Counted from the first letter of the stretch, positions 45,040-54,782 are shown. The stretch: DNA of 64,000 nt from Sphingobacteriales bacterium (GCA_024642285.1 JAHEBJ010000007.1:11017-75016), one strand, 5' to 3'. Numbers and translations are program-made. Notes: generated by a model not told the origin, from the sequence alone.

Positions 45040-45208
45040 TGTGTTCTATTTGTTTAATGATTTTAATTTCTGGCTCTCTGGTACTTATAAAAACTTATCG
45101 GCCCGTTTTTAAAGCCGAACCTTTTTGAGAACAAAGGATCATCCTTTGTGGATTTTTCTCATGCTTGAACACATCCCCGTCCCGATTCCTCGGGATGGGT
45201 TTTTTTTG
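45040..45208 (+). ncRNA. Candidate structured small RNA (family not recognised)
   Basis: No ORF; closing helix TGTGTTC/GAACACA, two internal hairpins, and a strong + strand terminator upstream of recA's own promoter. Confidence 0.35.
45177..45208 (+). terminator. Intrinsic terminator upstream of recA
   Basis: CCCGTCCCGA-TTCC-TCGGGATGGG plus T-tract; the G-U pair only works on the + strand. Confidence 0.75.
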
Positions 45209-45247
45209 CAGGACAAAACGTCAACTAAATAAATTATCAAAAAAATA

Positions 45248-45260
45248 CTAAAATAATTAG
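45248..45260. promoter_or_regulatory. CTAA-N5-TTAG palindrome, putative SOS (non-canonical LexA) operator
   Basis: CTAA-AATAA-TTAG 20 nt upstream of the TATCTTTG -7 box (45281-88) of recA; second 1-mismatch copy at 45225-37. Confidence 0.6.
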
Positions 45261-45345
45261 TGTTAATAAAATTAAACGTTTATCTTTGGTTCCGAATTTA
45301 CATTTACAACGATAAATCAGATACAACCATTAAAAAATTCACAAC

Positions 45346-46374
45346 ATGAGCAAGACAGACAATCTGGAAAAAACAGAAAAATCGGAAAAATTTAAGGCGC
45401 TTAAATTAACGATGGATAAAATTGATAAAGATTTTGGAAAGGGATCTGTAATGATGATGAACGAGAAAGTAGAAGTTGAGCAGGCGGTAATATCAACCGG
45501 ATCAATTGGATTAGATATGGCACTAGGCATTGGCGGATTACCAAAGGGCAGGGTTGTTGAAATATACGGCCCTGAGTCAAGCGGTAAAACAACAATTGCC
45601 ATCCATGTAATTGCAGAGGCCCAAAAGAAAGGAGGTATGTGTGCCTTTATTGATGCCGAACACGCTTTTGACAGCGTGTATGCAAAGAAACTTGGTGTTG
45701 ATATTGACAATCTACTCATCTCTCAACCAGATTATGGTGAGCAGGCGCTGGAGATTGCCGACCGATTGATCCTTTCGGGAGCGTTAGATGTAGTGGTAAT
45801 TGACTCAGTTGCTGCATTAGTTCCAAAGAGTGAACTGGAAGGAGAAATGGGCGACAGCAAAATGGGGCTTCATGCAAGGCTTATGAGTCAGGCCATGAGG
45901 AAACTTACCGCAACTATTTCAAAAACCAACAGCTGCTGCATATTTATAAACCAGCTTAGAGAGAAGATAGGCGTGATGTTTGGTAACCCCGAAACCACCA
46001 CCGGTGGTAATGCGCTTAAATTCTATGCCTCTGTACGGTTGGATATTCGCCGTATGTCTACAATAAAAGATGGCGATTCTTCAATTGGCAATCATGTAAA
46101 AGTAAAAGTGGTTAAAAATAAAGTAGCACCTCCTTTCCGACAGGCCGAGTTTGATATTATATACGGCGAAGGGATTTCCAAAGTGGGCGAGATAATTGAT
46201 ATGGGTGTAGAGCTTGGTATTGTTCAAAAAAGCGGCAGCTGGTTTAGTTATAATAACGACAAACTTGGGCAGGGTCGTGAATCTGTAAAACAATTAATGA
46301 TCGACAATCCTGAAATGGCCAATGAAATTGAGGCTCAGATCAGAGAAAAAATAAAAGAATCCCGTCTTACTTAA
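45346..46374 (+). CDS. recA: Recombinase A
   Basis: [52 protein letters not shown]. Confidence 0.99.
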   Translation: MSKTDNLEKTEKSEKFKALKLTMDKIDKDFGKGSVMMMNEKVEVEQAVISTGSIGLDMALGIGGLPKGRVVEIYGPESSGKTTIAIHVIAEAQKKGGMCAFIDAEHAFDSVYAKKLGVDIDNLLISQPDYGEQALEIADRLILSGALDVVVIDSVAALVPKSELEGEMGDSKMGLHARLMSQAMRKLTATISKTNSCCIFINQLREKIGVMFGNPETTTGGNALKFYASVRLDIRRMSTIKDGDSSIGNHVKVKVVKNKVAPPFRQAEFDIIYGEGISKVGEIIDMGVELGIVQKSGSWFSYNNDKLGQGRESVKQLMIDNPEMANEIEAQIREKIKESRLT

Positions 46375-46400
46375 ATAATTACTTATTGGGTTAGTAAGTA

Positions 46401-46437
46401 AAAAGCTGTCCTGCTAAAAAGCAGGACGGCTTTTTTT
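46401..46437 (+). terminator. Intrinsic terminator after recA
   Basis: AAAAGCTGTCCTGCT-AAA-AAGCAGGACGGCTTTTTTT. Confidence 0.85.
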
Positions 46438-46469
46438 AATAGCTTACTTTTGCCTCACAAAAAAATAAT

Positions 46470-47363
46470 TTGAATAAAAAACAACTTGCTCACCTGGCAT
46501 TGCTTTTTGCAAACTTGTTTTTTGCAATTAACCTAACTGCGGTAAAACACCTTACTAATAATCATCTGGCAGAACCATTTGGCCTAAACGTGATAAGGGT
46601 TGGAGTTTGCGTGTTGTTATTCTGGCTTTTATTTCTATTTAAACCGGTGAATATCAAAATTGAAAAAGTTGACAGAGCCCGTTTATTTTTTTGTGCTGTT
46701 ACCGGTATTGCAGTTAATCAATTGATGTTTTTAAAAGGCCTGTCACTTACTTATCCAATTCATGCAGCACTGCTTTTGCTCATAACCCCCATATTGATTG
46801 TTTTTATTGCAGCCTGGATCTTAAAAGAACGATTGGGATTTTTTAAAATTTCCGGACTTGTCTTGGGCATTTCGGGTGCGCTGGTGTTAATCTTAGCCAA
46901 GGAAATTTCCGGCAACGCCAGTAATATTTTAACTGGAGACATTCTTATCATCATAAATGCTGTTTCATATACTGTTTATTTTATTTTGGTAAAACCCTTG
47001 ATGTTAAAGTATAACCCGATCGTAATTTTGAGATGGGTTTTTACAATCGGACTTATTCTTGTTCTGCCTTTTGGCTGGGTTGAGTTTATTGGGATACCAT
47101 GGGCAAAATATACTGCTATTGATTTTACCAGCATGGCCCTGATTGTTTTTTCAGGAACATTTTTGGCCTATTTATTTAACTTGTTTGGGATAAAAAACCT
47201 TGGCGCATCAATCGCAGGCTTTTATATATATACGCAACCGGTTTTTGCAGCATTAATTGCTATGATTTTTTTGCATGAGCAGTTGGCAATGTACAAGATA
47301 CTGGCTGCTGTACTTATCTTCAGTGGGGTTTATCTTGCAAACCGGCAGATTAAAAAAGGATGA
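46470..47363 (+). CDS. DMT/EamA family transporter
   Basis: About 10 TMs in two repeats; NQLMFLKGLSLT, YTQPVFAALIA. Confidence 0.88.
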   Translation: MNKKQLAHLALLFANLFFAINLTAVKHLTNNHLAEPFGLNVIRVGVCVLLFWLLFLFKPVNIKIEKVDRARLFFCAVTGIAVNQLMFLKGLSLTYPIHAALLLLITPILIVFIAAWILKERLGFFKISGLVLGISGALVLILAKEISGNASNILTGDILIIINAVSYTVYFILVKPLMLKYNPIVILRWVFTIGLILVLPFGWVEFIGIPWAKYTAIDFTSMALIVFSGTFLAYLFNLFGIKNLGASIAGFYIYTQPVFAALIAMIFLHEQLAMYKILAAVLIFSGVYLANRQIKKG

Positions 47364-47394
47364 TATTTACGAAATGATGAAAAGAGAATTTTTT

Positions 47395-48036
47395 CTAGTT
47401 ACATTTATCAAATTTCTTAATAAGCTTTATCAAGCTGTAATCACGATAGCTTGCAAGCTCCCACATCTGCTCAGAAATTTTTTTACAGTCACCCATAATG
47501 GCTCGTAATTGATTTACGTAGCCTTTAATTTCAACAATATTGACTTTTGAACGTTCGCCCCGGTATTTTGCTCTGTCATTTGTGTAATTGTCTAAACCAC
47601 CCTGAAAAAAATAACGGACTACCAGTTGGACGGGCCTTGCGTCGGAGGGTGTTTTGTAAAAATAGTATTGTGTCTTATCGTCGCTTTTGCCGAAGTACAG
47701 ATTTATTTTTTTAGTTGAATAAATTTCATCCAATATCATTACCGTATCAATGGTTCCTTTTTTTATCCAGTCAATAGCTAGTTCATCAAGGTTATCGGTG
47801 TAAGATTCAAGCTTGCAATGCACAACAAAATTACCCTTATAATTGTCACTTTTAATTTTGATAACTTCATCAGCATTTACAATCAATTGATCAGCTCCAT
47901 CAACATAAAACGTTTTATTTTTTAGGGAAATATTTCCTCTAATAGTATCGCCTTTGCTTGTTATTAGATAATCGCTTTTCTGGCAAAAGGCATTTAATGA
48001 AAAAGTTACAGCAGATAGCAAAACCAATATTTTCAT
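47395..48036 (-). CDS. Hypothetical exported protein
   Basis: Signal peptide followed by DYLITSKGDTIRGNI; no family assigned. Confidence 0.7.
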   Translation of the reverse strand: MKILVLLSAVTFSLNAFCQKSDYLITSKGDTIRGNISLKNKTFYVDGADQLIVNADEVIKIKSDNYKGNFVVHCKLESYTDNLDELAIDWIKKGTIDTVMILDEIYSTKKINLYFGKSDDKTQYYFYKTPSDARPVQLVVRYFFQGGLDNYTNDRAKYRGERSKVNIVEIKGYVNQLRAIMGDCKKISEQMWELASYRDYSLIKLIKKFDKCN

Positions 48037-48178
48037 AATTATGTTTTTAAGGTCAAATATAGTTGTAATTGTGATATGTTAAATCTAAGATCTCTGAAAA
48101 AGACTAATTACTAACAAAGCTAGAAGCACTTTGGTTGTCTTATTTGAAAAATTTTAACATTAGCTGTTAAAACAGAAA

Positions 48179-48667
48179 TTATTTCTTTGGGTAATCAAAA
48201 AACAAAAATGTTTTATTTGCCTTCAAAATGTCTTTCCAGTGAGATATATCGGCCTCTACTGAGAAAATGCCACAAGTAGGTAAATTATCAATCTTAACGG
48301 CTGACTGAAGATCGTTAACAAAATGTGTTATTCCGGGGTTATGAGAAAACAGGGCAATATTAGACAAGTCATCTGAAAGTCCTGCTATCACTTCATAAAA
48401 AACTTCGGCGGGAGCATGGTACAATGCAGATACGTAATGGATACTGTCTTTTGAAGTTTTTAAAACTTGCGCAAAAAGTTCGGCGGTTTGTTTTGCTCTT
48501 TTAGCAGGGCTGGCAATAAGGGCGTCAATTTTTATGTCCAAGTCAACCAGTCGATTTGCCATCAATGGCGCATCTGATTTTCCTCTTTCATTCAATGGTC
48601 TCTCAAAATCGTTTCCAAAAAACTGATGATCACTTTTTGCGTGGCGTATGACTAATAATCTTTTCAA
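48179..48667 (-). CDS. SixA-type phosphohistidine phosphatase (histidine phosphatase superfamily)
   Basis: IRHAKS, RPLNERG, SPAKRAKQT, SHNPG, PTCG. Confidence 0.88.
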   Translation of the reverse strand: MKRLLVIRHAKSDHQFFGNDFERPLNERGKSDAPLMANRLVDLDIKIDALIASPAKRAKQTAELFAQVLKTSKDSIHYVSALYHAPAEVFYEVIAGLSDDLSNIALFSHNPGITHFVNDLQSAVKIDNLPTCGIFSVEADISHWKDILKANKTFLFFDYPKK

Positions 48668-48753
48668 TAACCTTTTTTATAAAAGTATATAATTTTTAAA
48701 CAAACAGGGTATTGTATATTTATTCGATGACAACCGTAATTTTCAGATCGTTT

Positions 48754-49905
48754 ATGAATAAGTATTGTTTTCGATTAGCATATATAATTTCGGGTGCGTT
48801 GTGTGCAGCATCCTGTTCATCCATAAAAAATTTATCGCAACCCGCTGCCGATATCAGCAGCCTGAAGCTTATAAGTGTTTACAATATCCCATTCAATTTC
48901 CAGTTTAAGAACACAACCGTTGGAGGCTTATCCGGTATCGATTACAATGCTGAAAAAAAAATATTTTACCTTATTAGCGACGACCGCAGTGAAAGAAACC
49001 CTGCCCGGTTTTATACGGCCCGTATGGTAATCAATCAAACAGGAATTGATAGCCTGGAGTTTACCGATGTGAAATACCTGAAGCAGGCAAATGGTGATCT
49101 CTATCCCGGATTTATACATAATAAATATCTGACACCTGACCCTGAAGCTATTCGATACAACCCAAAAAGCAAACTGCTGGCTTGGACAAGCGAAGGAGAA
49201 AGAATAGTAAAACCGGGGGACACTGTTCTCAATAACCCTTCCGTAATATTTATAAAAAGAAGTGGAATTTATAAGGATAGTTTAGAACTGTCCAAAAACA
49301 TGCAGATGAGCTTCCGGAATAAAGGACCAAGGAAGAACGGAGTCTTTGAAGGAATGACTTTTGCAGAAAATTTTAAAACCCTTTTCGTAAGCGTGGAAGA
49401 GCCTTTGTATGAGGATGGACCAAGGGCCGATATTACGGATAATAATGCATTTATTCGAATCCTAAAATATGACCTGCCGTCCAAAAAATGTACATCACAG
49501 TTTGCTTATAAGTTAGAGCCTGTTGCTTATCCAGCGGAACCAAAAGATGAATTTAAAGTTAACGGCGTACCTGATATTCTGTGCATTGGCAACAACAAAC
49601 TTCTGGTAATAGAAAGGTCGTTTTCAACCGGACGGACCCCTTGCACTATTAAACTTTTTGTGGCCGATCTTAACAGCGCTACTGATATTTCCAACATGGC
49701 ACTTGAAGGCAATAAAGATTTTGAACCAGCAAAAAAATCTTTAGTTCTCAATATGGATGACTTAGGAATTTACACCGATAATATTGAAGGGGTAACATTT
49801 GGCCCCGTTTTGCCAAATGGCAAACAGTCGCTCATATTTATTGCCGACAATAATTTTAACGCCTTTGAACAGGCACAGGTTTTGTTGTTTGAAATAGATA
49901 AATAA
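48754..49905 (+). CDS. Esterase-like activity of phytase family lipoprotein
   Basis: AAS-C lipobox; GGLSGIDY, ISDDRS, DPEAIR, NGVFEGMTF, DNIEGVTFGP, ADNNF; start ATG 48754 preferred. Confidence 0.8.
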   Translation: MNKYCFRLAYIISGALCAASCSSIKNLSQPAADISSLKLISVYNIPFNFQFKNTTVGGLSGIDYNAEKKIFYLISDDRSERNPARFYTARMVINQTGIDSLEFTDVKYLKQANGDLYPGFIHNKYLTPDPEAIRYNPKSKLLAWTSEGERIVKPGDTVLNNPSVIFIKRSGIYKDSLELSKNMQMSFRNKGPRKNGVFEGMTFAENFKTLFVSVEEPLYEDGPRADITDNNAFIRILKYDLPSKKCTSQFAYKLEPVAYPAEPKDEFKVNGVPDILCIGNNKLLVIERSFSTGRTPCTIKLFVADLNSATDISNMALEGNKDFEPAKKSLVLNMDDLGIYTDNIEGVTFGPVLPNGKQSLIFIADNNFNAFEQAQVLLFEIDK

Positions 49906-49979
49906 TTCTCAGATTCAGGCTGACACAATGCATAGAATTTTGACAAAGTTGGTTAGCTTTGGGTATAAAATTTTTTGCA

Positions 49980-50774
49980 ATGAAAACTAATCCGATGAGA
50001 AAAACAGTAATGGCTTTTTTGTTTTTGTATTTACCGTTTTCCGGTATGGCATGGGGCGCTCTTGGTCATAGAATTATAGGTCAGGTAGCTGATTCTTATC
50101 TTACCAAAAATGCAAAAAAGGAGATTTTTAAAATCCTTGGTAATGAATCCATCGCCATGACCAGCAACTGGGCAGATTTTATAAAATCTGACCCTGCGTA
50201 TTCGTATCTTAACCCCTGGCATTATATAAATTTAAAAGCCGGCCTTGCCGAACAGGAGCTAAAGGCGTATCTGGCAACAGATACAGTTACTGATGCTTAC
50301 ACAAGGATAAACTGGCTTACCGCACAGCTAAAAAATAAAGAACTTGATCAGGAAAATAAAGTGCTTTACCTGCGCATGCTCATTCATCTTGTTGGCGATA
50401 TTCACCAACCTCTGCACACCGGACGTTTTGAAGATTTGGGAGGCAACAGAATAAGAGTGACATGGTTTAAAGACTCCGTAAACCTACATCAGGTGTGGGA
50501 TGAACGGCTGATTGACTTTCAACAACTAAGTTATACTGAATATGCCTCGGCAATTAATTTTACTACAAAAGAACAACGGAAAAAATGGGAAGCAGAACCT
50601 GTAAGTGAATGGGTATGGCAGTCGTATCAACATGCCGAAAAAATTTATTCAGATATAAAACCCAATGAAAGATTGAGTTATCAATACAATTTTAAATTTG
50701 TCGCAACGGTGAATCAACAACTACTGAAAGGAGGGTTTCACTTAGCTTGTTTGCTAAATGAAATCTTTAAATAA
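49980..50774 (+). CDS. S1/P1 nuclease
   Basis: Signal peptide then WGALGH, WADFIK, WHYIN, HLVGDIHQPLH, LHQVWD Zn-ligand motifs; start could also be 49995. Confidence 0.92.
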   Translation: MKTNPMRKTVMAFLFLYLPFSGMAWGALGHRIIGQVADSYLTKNAKKEIFKILGNESIAMTSNWADFIKSDPAYSYLNPWHYINLKAGLAEQELKAYLATDTVTDAYTRINWLTAQLKNKELDQENKVLYLRMLIHLVGDIHQPLHTGRFEDLGGNRIRVTWFKDSVNLHQVWDERLIDFQQLSYTEYASAINFTTKEQRKKWEAEPVSEWVWQSYQHAEKIYSDIKPNERLSYQYNFKFVATVNQQLLKGGFHLACLLNEIFK

Positions 50775-50828
50775 AAAATAAAGTGAAAATGGGATATGTT
50801 TAATTAGAAATAAGTTTTTGCTAATTCC

Positions 50829-52676
50829 TTAATACCCTCTTACATTCTTTCCTTCCATATAGTTCATAAACGCTTTGTTGCAAACCCGGTTGCCACCCGG
50901 TGTGGGATAGTTTCCGGTAAAATACCAGTCGCCAGTATTGGTAGGGCAGGCTTCATGCAACGACTCTATGGTCTGGTAAATAACACTAACAGGAATGCTC
51001 AGACCTTTTGGAGTTATTAATTCAGCAATTTTATTAGATATCTGATCTAAACTAAAGGGCTTGTAAATCTGGCGAACTACATTTTCGGTGTGCAACTGGT
51101 TGTTGCGTTGTAATTCTTTGCATTTGTCCAGTAGTTCATTAAGGAGGTTGCTCTGTTTTGTATCGTTCAGCAATTCAATGGCTGCTTTAAAAGCAATAAA
51201 ATCACCCATCTTGCTCATGTCAATTCCGTAACAATCGGGATAGCGTATTTGCGGAGCCGATGAAACAACAATGATCTTTTTTGGTTGCAACCTCGATAAC
51301 ATACGGATGATACTTTCTTTTAAAGTAGTCCCACGTACTATACTGTCGTCAATTACTACCAATGTGTCAATATTTTTTCTTACTGTACCATAAGTAATAT
51401 CGTAAACGTGTTGTACCATTTCATTTCTACTGCTGTCTTCAGTAATAAAAGTGCGCAGCTTCACATCTTTGATGGCGATCTTTTCAATGCGGATACGGCG
51501 GTTCACCATTTCAGACAACTTCTCCTCGTCAAAATCCTTATCCCAGCTAAGTATCCGTTCAATCTTTATTTTATTTAAATAGTCTTCTGCTCCCTTTATC
51601 AAACCATAAAAAGCGGTTTCGGCAGTATTGGGGATAAAAGAGAATATCGTGTTTTTAAGATCGTAGTCAATAGCTTTTAAAACAGTATCGCTAAGCAGGT
51701 AACCAAGCATATTTCTTTCCCTGTAAATTTTTTCATCACTGCCCCGACTAAAATATATGCGTTCGAAACTGCAGGCCTTTCTTTCTTGCGGTTCAACAAT
51801 CTGCTCAATAAAACATTCGCCACCTGCTTTGGCAATCAGCGCATGGCCGGGCATTAATTCTTTCACTTCGTTTTCTTCCAGGTTAAAAGCCGTTCGTATG
51901 GCAGCTCTTTCGCTTGCAGCAACAATCACATCGTCGCTAATATAATAATAGGATGGTCGTATTCCATTGGGATCTCTCATAACAAAACCATCTCCATTAC
52001 CTAAAATGCCGCTGAAATTATACCCGCCATCAAATAAGGGAATTGCTTTTTTAAGCACCTTAACTATGTCCATTTCTCCCGGAAAAGACTCATCAGATTT
52101 GACTACAAAATGATACAAAACTTCCATCATCGCCGCCAGATCGCTCTGCCTTTGAAATTCCCCCGGATCAATATTTACCAATCCAAAAAGCTCTTCGGTA
52201 TTTACAAGATTAAAATTTCCGGCCAACGCCAGATTACGTGACGGTATGGTATGCCGTTTGATAAAAGGGTGACAAAACTCAGCGTTATTTTTTCCTTGTG
52301 TACCGTAGCGTAAATGCCCTAAAAGAACCTCGCCTAAAAAATTAATATGGCCTTTCATCAGGCCGGGGTGGTTTTTAATATCAGGTTGATATTTTTCTAC
52401 CTCACTTATTTCTTTACCAACCTGAGCAAACAAATCAGCAATGGGCTGATTTGCACCACTTCTTAACCGATGCATAAACGGATAACCCGGCTCTGTATTT
52501 AATTTTACGGCCGCAATACCGGCGCCATCCTGGCCACGGTTGTGCTGCTTTTCCATAAGCAGGTACAACTTATTAACGCCGTACATAACGGTTCCATATT
52601 GCTGCTGATAATAACTAAAAGTCTTTCGCAGACGAATGAAAGCAAGTCCACATTCGTGTTTAATTTCGTCGCTCAT
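50829..52676 (-). CDS. purF: Amidophosphoribosyltransferase (class II glutamine amidotransferase, Bacteroidota long form)
   Basis: HE-CG N-terminal nucleophile, HNRGQDGAG, GHLRYGT, RDPNGIRP, CSFERIYFSR, DDSIVRGTT PRPP motif. Confidence 0.88.
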   Translation of the reverse strand: MSDEIKHECGLAFIRLRKTFSYYQQQYGTVMYGVNKLYLLMEKQHNRGQDGAGIAAVKLNTEPGYPFMHRLRSGANQPIADLFAQVGKEISEVEKYQPDIKNHPGLMKGHINFLGEVLLGHLRYGTQGKNNAEFCHPFIKRHTIPSRNLALAGNFNLVNTEELFGLVNIDPGEFQRQSDLAAMMEVLYHFVVKSDESFPGEMDIVKVLKKAIPLFDGGYNFSGILGNGDGFVMRDPNGIRPSYYYISDDVIVAASERAAIRTAFNLEENEVKELMPGHALIAKAGGECFIEQIVEPQERKACSFERIYFSRGSDEKIYRERNMLGYLLSDTVLKAIDYDLKNTIFSFIPNTAETAFYGLIKGAEDYLNKIKIERILSWDKDFDEEKLSEMVNRRIRIEKIAIKDVKLRTFITEDSSRNEMVQHVYDITYGTVRKNIDTLVVIDDSIVRGTTLKESIIRMLSRLQPKKIIVVSSAPQIRYPDCYGIDMSKMGDFIAFKAAIELLNDTKQSNLLNELLDKCKELQRNNQLHTENVVRQIYKPFSLDQISNKIAELITPKGLSIPVSVIYQTIESLHEACPTNTGDWYFTGNYPTPGGNRVCNKAFMNYMEGKNVRGY

Positions 52677-52692
52677 GTTGTGAAGTGAGCCG

Positions 52693-52723
52693 CAAAGTTA
52701 AGGCATTAAAAAAGAGCGACAAA
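52693..52723 (-). promoter_or_regulatory. Bacteroidota sigma70 promoter for purF
   Basis: Minus strand TTTG, 19-nt spacer, TAACTTTG. Confidence 0.6.
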
Positions 52724-52773
52724 CAAAAATCCCCCGATACAATCAGGGAATTTATTAAAATAAGATGAGTAAA

Positions 52774-53490
52774 TTATAATCCACTGAAGTTTAGGCCTAC
52801 CTGGAACAGTTTCATATCCGCTCCAACTCCGTCTTTTAAAATATTATTGATCTGGTAACTGCCGAAAATTGAAAAATTGCCATAGCCAACTCTTGCTGTA
52901 GCTGCTAACCGGGTAGAATTAAAAAATCCTTTGGCCGACTCTTTAGCTATAAAATTATTAACGCCGGAATTATTTTTATCCAACAGATTTTTTCCTTTTG
53001 TGTGAACACTTAACAACGTGCCTACTTTTACACCCAGAGCAGCTTTTATACTCTTTTTTTCATTTTCAGGGTCAAAAGTATACCTAAGCTCAAGCGGCAC
53101 TTCAAGGAAAGCGGTTGTTAACTTGTATTTCTTAAAGTGATCAACACTGTCAACATTTGTAAACGGCAATGTGTTGGTCCTGGATTTGATATCTACCGTC
53201 ATATTGTTAAAATAAATATTGCTCGTTCCCAACCCCAACCCAAAGGCAACGCTCCATTGCGGACTGCCCTTAAAACGTTTGTCAAGCATCACATATACGT
53301 TGGCTCCTCTTGCAAAACCTTTAATACGGCTTTTAATGCTGTCGGGTGCTCCTATCCAATGATCGCTGCTTAACTGCAACATTAAATGATCGCCGGAACG
53401 ATTCATAAAACCAGTGTTATTTTTTTTCTCCTGGGCAGATAAGGTGGATACGGAAACAAGCGCAAGCGCAATAAATAATAATTTCTTCAT
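52774..53490 (-). CDS. Outer-membrane beta-barrel (porin-family/PorT-like) protein
   Basis: Signal peptide, FLEVPLELRY, ARVGYG, aromatic C-terminal strand. Confidence 0.78.
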   Translation of the reverse strand: MKKLLFIALALVSVSTLSAQEKKNNTGFMNRSGDHLMLQLSSDHWIGAPDSIKSRIKGFARGANVYVMLDKRFKGSPQWSVAFGLGLGTSNIYFNNMTVDIKSRTNTLPFTNVDSVDHFKKYKLTTAFLEVPLELRYTFDPENEKKSIKAALGVKVGTLLSVHTKGKNLLDKNNSGVNNFIAKESAKGFFNSTRLAATARVGYGNFSIFGSYQINNILKDGVGADMKLFQVGLNFSGL

Positions 53491-53557
53491 AATTAATTTT
53501 GAAGCTGCAAAATAACGGCAAATAATTTAATGAAGCGTTAAATTAAAGAGCAATGAT

Positions 53558-53565
53558 TATATTTG
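53558..53565 (+). promoter_or_regulatory. -7 promoter box for the tRNA
   Basis: TATATTTG 33 nt upstream of the tRNA 5' end. Confidence 0.55.
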
Positions 53566-53598
53566 CAGCCTTATTCTTCAAAAAGAACTTTGAAGAAC

Positions 53599-53672
53599 GG
53601 GCCTATAGCTCAGTTGGTTAGAGCACCTGACTCATAATCAGGTGGTCCCTGGTTCGAGCCCAGGTGGGCCCA
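53599..53672 (+). tRNA. tRNA with CAT anticodon, most likely tRNA-Ile2 (lysidine-modified); CCA not encoded
   Basis: Cloverleaf: GGGCCTA/TGGGCCC acceptor, GCTC/GAGC D-arm, CCTGA-CTCATAA-TCAGG anticodon arm, GGTTCGA T-loop; C4:G69 and C5:G68 as in TilS substrates. Confidence 0.93.
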
Positions 53673-53673
53673 C

Positions 53674-53704
53674 AAAGCGTTCCGAATTATCAGGACGCTT
53701 TTTT
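53674..53704 (+). terminator. Terminator-like hairpin after the tRNA
   Basis: AAAGCGT.CC ... GG.ACGCTTT followed by T-tract. Confidence 0.6.
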
Positions 53705-53709
53705 ATTAT

Positions 53710-54324
53710 ATGGCCGAGACAAAAAATATAATATTCGATTTAGGTGGCGTTTTACTTGATATTGACTATCATAAAACCATTGATGCGTTTAAGAATTTAG
53801 GCATCAAAAATTTTGATGAAATGTTTTCGCAGTTTAAGGCCGATGAACTTTTTGAAAAACTGGAAACCGGCAAAATATCGGATACTGATTTTTATGCAGC
53901 TATAAAGAACCGAACAAAAGCCGTTATTTCAGATGAACAAATTGAATCGGCATGGAATGCTATGATACTTGATTTCAGGGTTGATAGTCTGATATTTCTG
54001 GAAAAACTTTCGGTACATTATAAACTTTATTTATTAAGTAATACCAACAGCATTCACTTAAGGTGTTTTAGGCAGCGGTTCATGACTCAAACCAGCAAAC
54101 CCTTACTGGACGCATACTTTAATAAAGCCTGGTATTCTCATAAAATAGGTTTGCGAAAGCCTCATTCAGCAATTTTCGAATTTGTAGCGAAGGATGCAAA
54201 TCTGATTGAAGAAGAAACTCTTTTTGTAGATGATACGTTGATGAATATTGAAACGGCACAAAAAATGGGTTTTAAAACCCATCACCTTTTAGCCAACGAA
54301 AAAATTGACGTATTGAACGTTTAA
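53710..54324 (+). CDS. HAD-superfamily phosphatase
   Basis: FDLGGV, LLSNTN, RKPH, FVDD. Confidence 0.88.
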   Translation: MAETKNIIFDLGGVLLDIDYHKTIDAFKNLGIKNFDEMFSQFKADELFEKLETGKISDTDFYAAIKNRTKAVISDEQIESAWNAMILDFRVDSLIFLEKLSVHYKLYLLSNTNSIHLRCFRQRFMTQTSKPLLDAYFNKAWYSHKIGLRKPHSAIFEFVAKDANLIEEETLFVDDTLMNIETAQKMGFKTHHLLANEKIDVLNV

Positions 54325-54383
54325 AAACTCCTTGAACTACAAACTATAAATTTCAACAATACTGTTTGTATATAGTATCCGGT

Positions 54384-54626
54384 TTACTTCACCTCTTCAA
54401 ACTCAATATAATCCTCCTTGTTTGGCTTGGCCGAAGGCTCTTTGCTTTCAGATGAAAACTGATTGTTTTGGTGCTGCTTCATATGCTCATTCATTTTGCT
54501 CTGAATATCTCCCATTTGCTTATTAACCTGTTTAGTAGTTTTGTAAACGGGTACAATAAAGTCAAATATCAGCTTATACACCAGGTAAAATACCAACAAC
54601 TCCAGTATTACTCTTATCAATCCCAT
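54384..54626 (-). CDS. Small membrane protein (DUF4834-like)
   Basis: 80 aa, N-terminal TM, C-terminal EDYIEFEEVK. Confidence 0.7.
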   Translation of the reverse strand: MGLIRVILELLVFYLVYKLIFDFIVPVYKTTKQVNKQMGDIQSKMNEHMKQHQNNQFSSESKEPSAKPNKEDYIEFEEVK

Positions 54627-54706
54627 GAAACAAAGTTATAAATCAAACAAAGGTAATCCTGTTAAAATTTAGTAATGAAATAAAATTAGGGATAAAAGGC
54701 CTCTAT

Positions 54707-54738
54707 TTTGGGAATTACAGGTTCGTTATGTATATTTG
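54707..54738 (+). promoter_or_regulatory. Sigma70 promoter of the rimP-nusA-infB operon
   Basis: TTTG (54707-10), 20-nt spacer, TATATTTG (54731-38). Confidence 0.7.
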
Positions 54739-54758
54739 CACCGGACAAAGAAGCAATG

Positions 54759-54782
54759 GAAGGGAACGGTGGCGTTCCCTTC
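54759..54782 (+). promoter_or_regulatory. rimP leader hairpin
   Basis: Perfect 10-bp stem GAAGGGAACG-GTGG-CGTTCCCTTC between the promoter and ATG 54793. Confidence 0.65.

Noticed and set aside
53599-54626. tRNA as an integration site for an island
   Set aside because: No integrase, no duplicated tRNA 3' end downstream, and the flanking genes are ordinary
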